DNA of 64,000 nt from a virus: IMG/VR virus record IMGVR_UViG_3300007276_000038, positions 1 to 64,000 of that record. The stretch is one strand, 5' to 3'. Made by a program: the position numbers and the translations under genes. Shown here in pieces: positions 60,901 to 64,000 of the stretch. Position 1 is the first letter of the stretch. Every line of letters begins with the position of its first letter. Under the pieces are notes generated by a model. The model was not told the DNA's origin, made no database searches, and worked only from the letters and a program-made list of their open reading frames with translations.

Positions 60901-63900
60901 GTTACTGCGTAATCAGATATTAGCCCATCTTGTTCTATGACATTACCTGAGAAGTAAGTGTATTCATCTGTTAACGTACCATCTACCCTAACTGTAATTT
61001 CTGATACATTCGCTGCATCGTTAATTAATATTTGTTCTTCTGTTGAGAACACAGGATATCGTTGCTGCGGCTGATAGTTTCCTGCTACTAATAATACGTT
61101 ACTGCCATCAACTACATCATAATCTGATCCACTCAGTATAAGTGTGTATCCTATAGCATTAGCATTACCGTTAATATTATGTGTTGCTATCATTGTAGCA
61201 TTTAAGTTGATGTTGGCGTTATTTACTGCGCTTTCTATTTGCTCTGGTGTTACGTTAGAATTAGCAGCTGGACCTACATCAAAAGTAATGTTTGTATTAC
61301 TAATGTTATCGGTTAGTTCAAATACTACGTTTGCATTGCCTAGTACAATATAATTACTTTCTCGAGCTGCGATAGCCGGAGCCAGTATTGTTACACTATC
61401 TGTTAGCAACACATTAGCCACAACAACCCTTGCGCCTACTTCGCTAGCATAACCGCTACCCGAATTAGTTACTGTGATTGCTTGTATTTTATTGTCTGGA
61501 CCTAATGTAGCAATAGCCGTTGCTTGCTCACCGCCAGGTTGCGGTGGTGCAATTTCGATTTCCGGGACCTCTATGTAAGTATATCGAGCATCTAGTAAAT
61601 CAATACGCTCTACTATGTTAGTTGTATCTTCTGGAAACGCTAGTGTTACAAGCTGAGGATCTTGTTGTAGGTCTTCTTTATCAAGTTTTAGTTCGATGCT
61701 TTGGAAATTCTCAGTATCACCGAAATCGCCAACTTTTAATGCCCATTCGTCAAATACACTTATGTTTCCTTCGGCAGCACTTGAGCTACGAGCAATTCGT
61801 GTTAAGCTAGAATTTGTGCCTTTGCTTTGTATTAGTCCTCGACTAAATTCTACTTGCTGGTCATTAAGAATATCTAATTCTCTAAAGTATTCTTTATCTT
61901 CAAAGCCAAACAAGTTGCGAGCCGCTGTGTAAAGCTGCTTCTCTACTGGGATAAATCCAAATTCATGATATCGCCCTAGGCTTTCAGCTAAGTTATCTGG
62001 ATTAGCTAACAGTTCATCGCCGTCGATAATGTAGCCTTCGCTTACAAATCTACCCGTCCAATTCTTTGTGCGCTTACCTTTAAGTTTAATTCTAGTCTGA
62101 CGTTGATTTAAAACTGGATCAAACAATGTATCGTTAAAGTCTGTAATATTATCAAACGCAATAACGTGTTCTAATTCTTTAACAAAAAGCATAACGCCAT
62201 AAATTTGCACAGCTGGGTCAATAGGAACAATTTCAATAAAGTTATCTTCGCGAGTAATTTCACATTGACCTGGATCAATGACTCCGCCTTCTTGATCAAC
62301 TAAAGCAAACTGCTCTCTATCGCTACGATTAATTTTTGCTATGAAACCTTGTGGTGCTATAAACTTAGTCTTTGGTGCTAGCGGCGATAACTGTAATATG
62401 TTACCTGACTCCCATTTGCCTGTTGTCCAGAACAAGAACTGCTTTGCAGCGTATGCCCAGTTTCTTACATCAGCTATTGCCGAATCGTATACGCCAAAGA
62501 CAAAACCTAGACTTTCGTGCTAGCGTCCCAACTCAATAAGGAAATTGTAAACATCTTGACTATTATCAAATCGTGTTTCGTAATCAACGCGCTTGATAAT
62601 GCCTGTTGTGTCTAAGTATCGTGTTCCTTGTGCAGCACCAATTTGCGGAAGTGCAGGAAGCCTTGTCCATATTGCTGCATCAAACGATGCACCTGAACTA
62701 ATATTTAACGGAGCTTCGTAGAATGCACCATTGCGTTCAACTATTGTGCCTCTATTATATGTTGTATTAGGTTCCCATACTCTGTAAGGACTAGCTGTAC
62801 CGCCCACCCTAACACTTTCTCGTTGTCCTGAAATTTTACTTTCTAGTACATTAAAGTACGGCATAGTTGAATCATAACCGCGAACAACATACTGCCCTTC
62901 TTCTAGTTCTATCACAACACCCGAATAAAAGTTACGTGACTTATACGGAGAGCTATGTAAAGATACATCAATATTTTCTTGAGGTATGATTAAGCTAGAT
63001 GCATTACCCGTCGAACTATATTGATCTGTTCTTGCTACTAATGTATCCTTGTCAATGTATCCGCTCATGCGGTGTGCTAGCTTAACATTTAGTGTTCTCA
63101 TTTGCTCAGCAAACTCTGTTACTGTGTCGAGTCCTTGGAACTCAAGCCAGCTATGAATGAATTGACTGTAGCCTATGTTTGTTATAAAGTTGCTATTCTC
63201 GTCTAGGTCACCGTGTACAGCAAACTGATCTGGATCGCTAAACAACCAACGCTGCCCCGTATCAATATTAAACAGTCTGCGCTTGTCAATTTGCGGACGG
63301 TATAACTTAGTTGGATCACTAAAGATTGTAGCAAAGCGTCCGGGCTTTGCAAGCAGTAGTGCTTCTGCTACTGCGAATGGGTAGCTTTCGCTGTAAGTCC
63401 ATGCTTGTTCAACCGGAGCAAAGTCTCCAAATTTCCATGTGTCGCTTATACTTCCAGTTACAGATTGAGATATACTTGGCGTACTAGTAAGAACTGGCGT
63501 TGCATCTTCGTTAATGTATCCGTTGTTTACTACATTGTCAGTTTCACCAAATTGTACAAGTAACTTAGCGCGGACACCTGTTCCATCCGGGTCAGTTACT
63601 ATTGCTTCTGCGCTAGTGTAATTACGTCCGGTGTTTGTTATAATAACATTAGCAATTTCACCCAATTCATTAATTTCTAGATCAGCAGTTGCACCTGTGC
63701 CAGTACCAGTGATAGTAACTATGCTATTAGCTGAGTATAAACCACCCTGATCTAAAATAACTATACTTGTTACTTGATTAACTGCACTAGGTATGCTATA
63801 ATAATTATGAGTATATTCGTTATCGGGGCCTGTTCCACCACCAATCTGATATGGGAACATAGGTTCGCCATCATCGGTGATAGTTGATACATAAAAGTTT

Positions 63901-64000
63901 ATCGGCTCGCCGTTTGAGTCAGGTGTGATACCGAAACGCATATTGTATTCGTTTGCTTGCCCGGGTAACATAGCGACATTAGCATCGTATTCGTAGTCTT
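45933..64000 (-). CDS. Giant virion structural protein (baseplate/tail-associated, >6000 codons), one in-frame TAG at 62520-62522, 5' end outside the window
   Basis: Track ORFs 62520..63971 and 45933..62435 are in the same frame, joined by 28 sense codons after the TAG, and the frame is open to 64000. Contains GxGY...P.(V/I) beta repeats, a PA14-like domain, a YHYH-like segment and a (PA)9 linker. Confidence 0.8.
53637..53693 (-). repeat. (Pro-Ala)9-Pro coding hexanucleotide repeat
   Basis: CCAGCA/CCTGCA units seen directly. Confidence 0.92.
54200..54880 (-). other. PA14-like carbohydrate-binding domain within the giant protein (approximate limits)
   Basis: VELKGYFRAPVTGNYQLVGRANDALWVWI...VYLEEGKFYFVRI matches the PA14 pattern. 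Confidence 0.65.

Noticed and set aside
62460-62519. SECIS/PYLIS-like recoding hairpin after the in-frame TAG
   Set aside because: Only a short CGTATACG palindrome is visible; there is no convincing stable stem by eye, and a folding calculation would be needed.
1-64000. Genome-wide TAG reassignment (genetic code 15 or similar)
   Set aside because: Genes are intact under code 11. Only one internal TAG was found in about 6000 codons of the giant gene, and TAG appears to be a normal stop at 2572, 8525, 16996, 19865 and 33032.
1-64000. tRNA, rRNA, intron, intein or transposase
   Set aside because: Intergenic gaps are very short and no characteristic motifs were recognised; a covariance-model scan would be needed to exclude them fully.

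Overview
A 64-kb segment of a large (jumbo-type, T4-like late transcription) dsDNA bacteriophage genome, AT-rich and almost fully coding. 1-8.5 kb (+ strand): MoxR-type AAA ATPase (3' part), ATP-dependent DNA ligase, a B12-binding radical SAM gene bracketed by TAAGTCATTGATT repeats, a VWA/HExxH protein behind a consensus sigma70 promoter, and small conserved phage ORFs. 8.5-36.5 kb (- strand): a tightly packed glycan biosynthesis and tailoring island. It holds nucleotide-sugar dehydrogenase, GDP-mannose 3,5-epimerase, several glycosyltransferase-like families, three SGNH proteins, three radical SAM enzymes, 2OG-Fe(II) oxygenase, DegT-like aminotransferase, amidinotransferase, carbamoyltransferase, a methyltransferase-like protein and a tandemly duplicated small peptide. 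36.5-64 kb (- strand): virion genes, with two S74-chaperone tail fibres each followed by a putative tip adhesin, a baseplate-type protein, and a giant virion protein gene (>6000 codons, running off the window). That gene is interrupted by a single in-frame TAG at 62520-62522. No tRNA, rRNA, CRISPR array or transposase was recognised. All functional calls come from motif recognition by eye, not from database searches.
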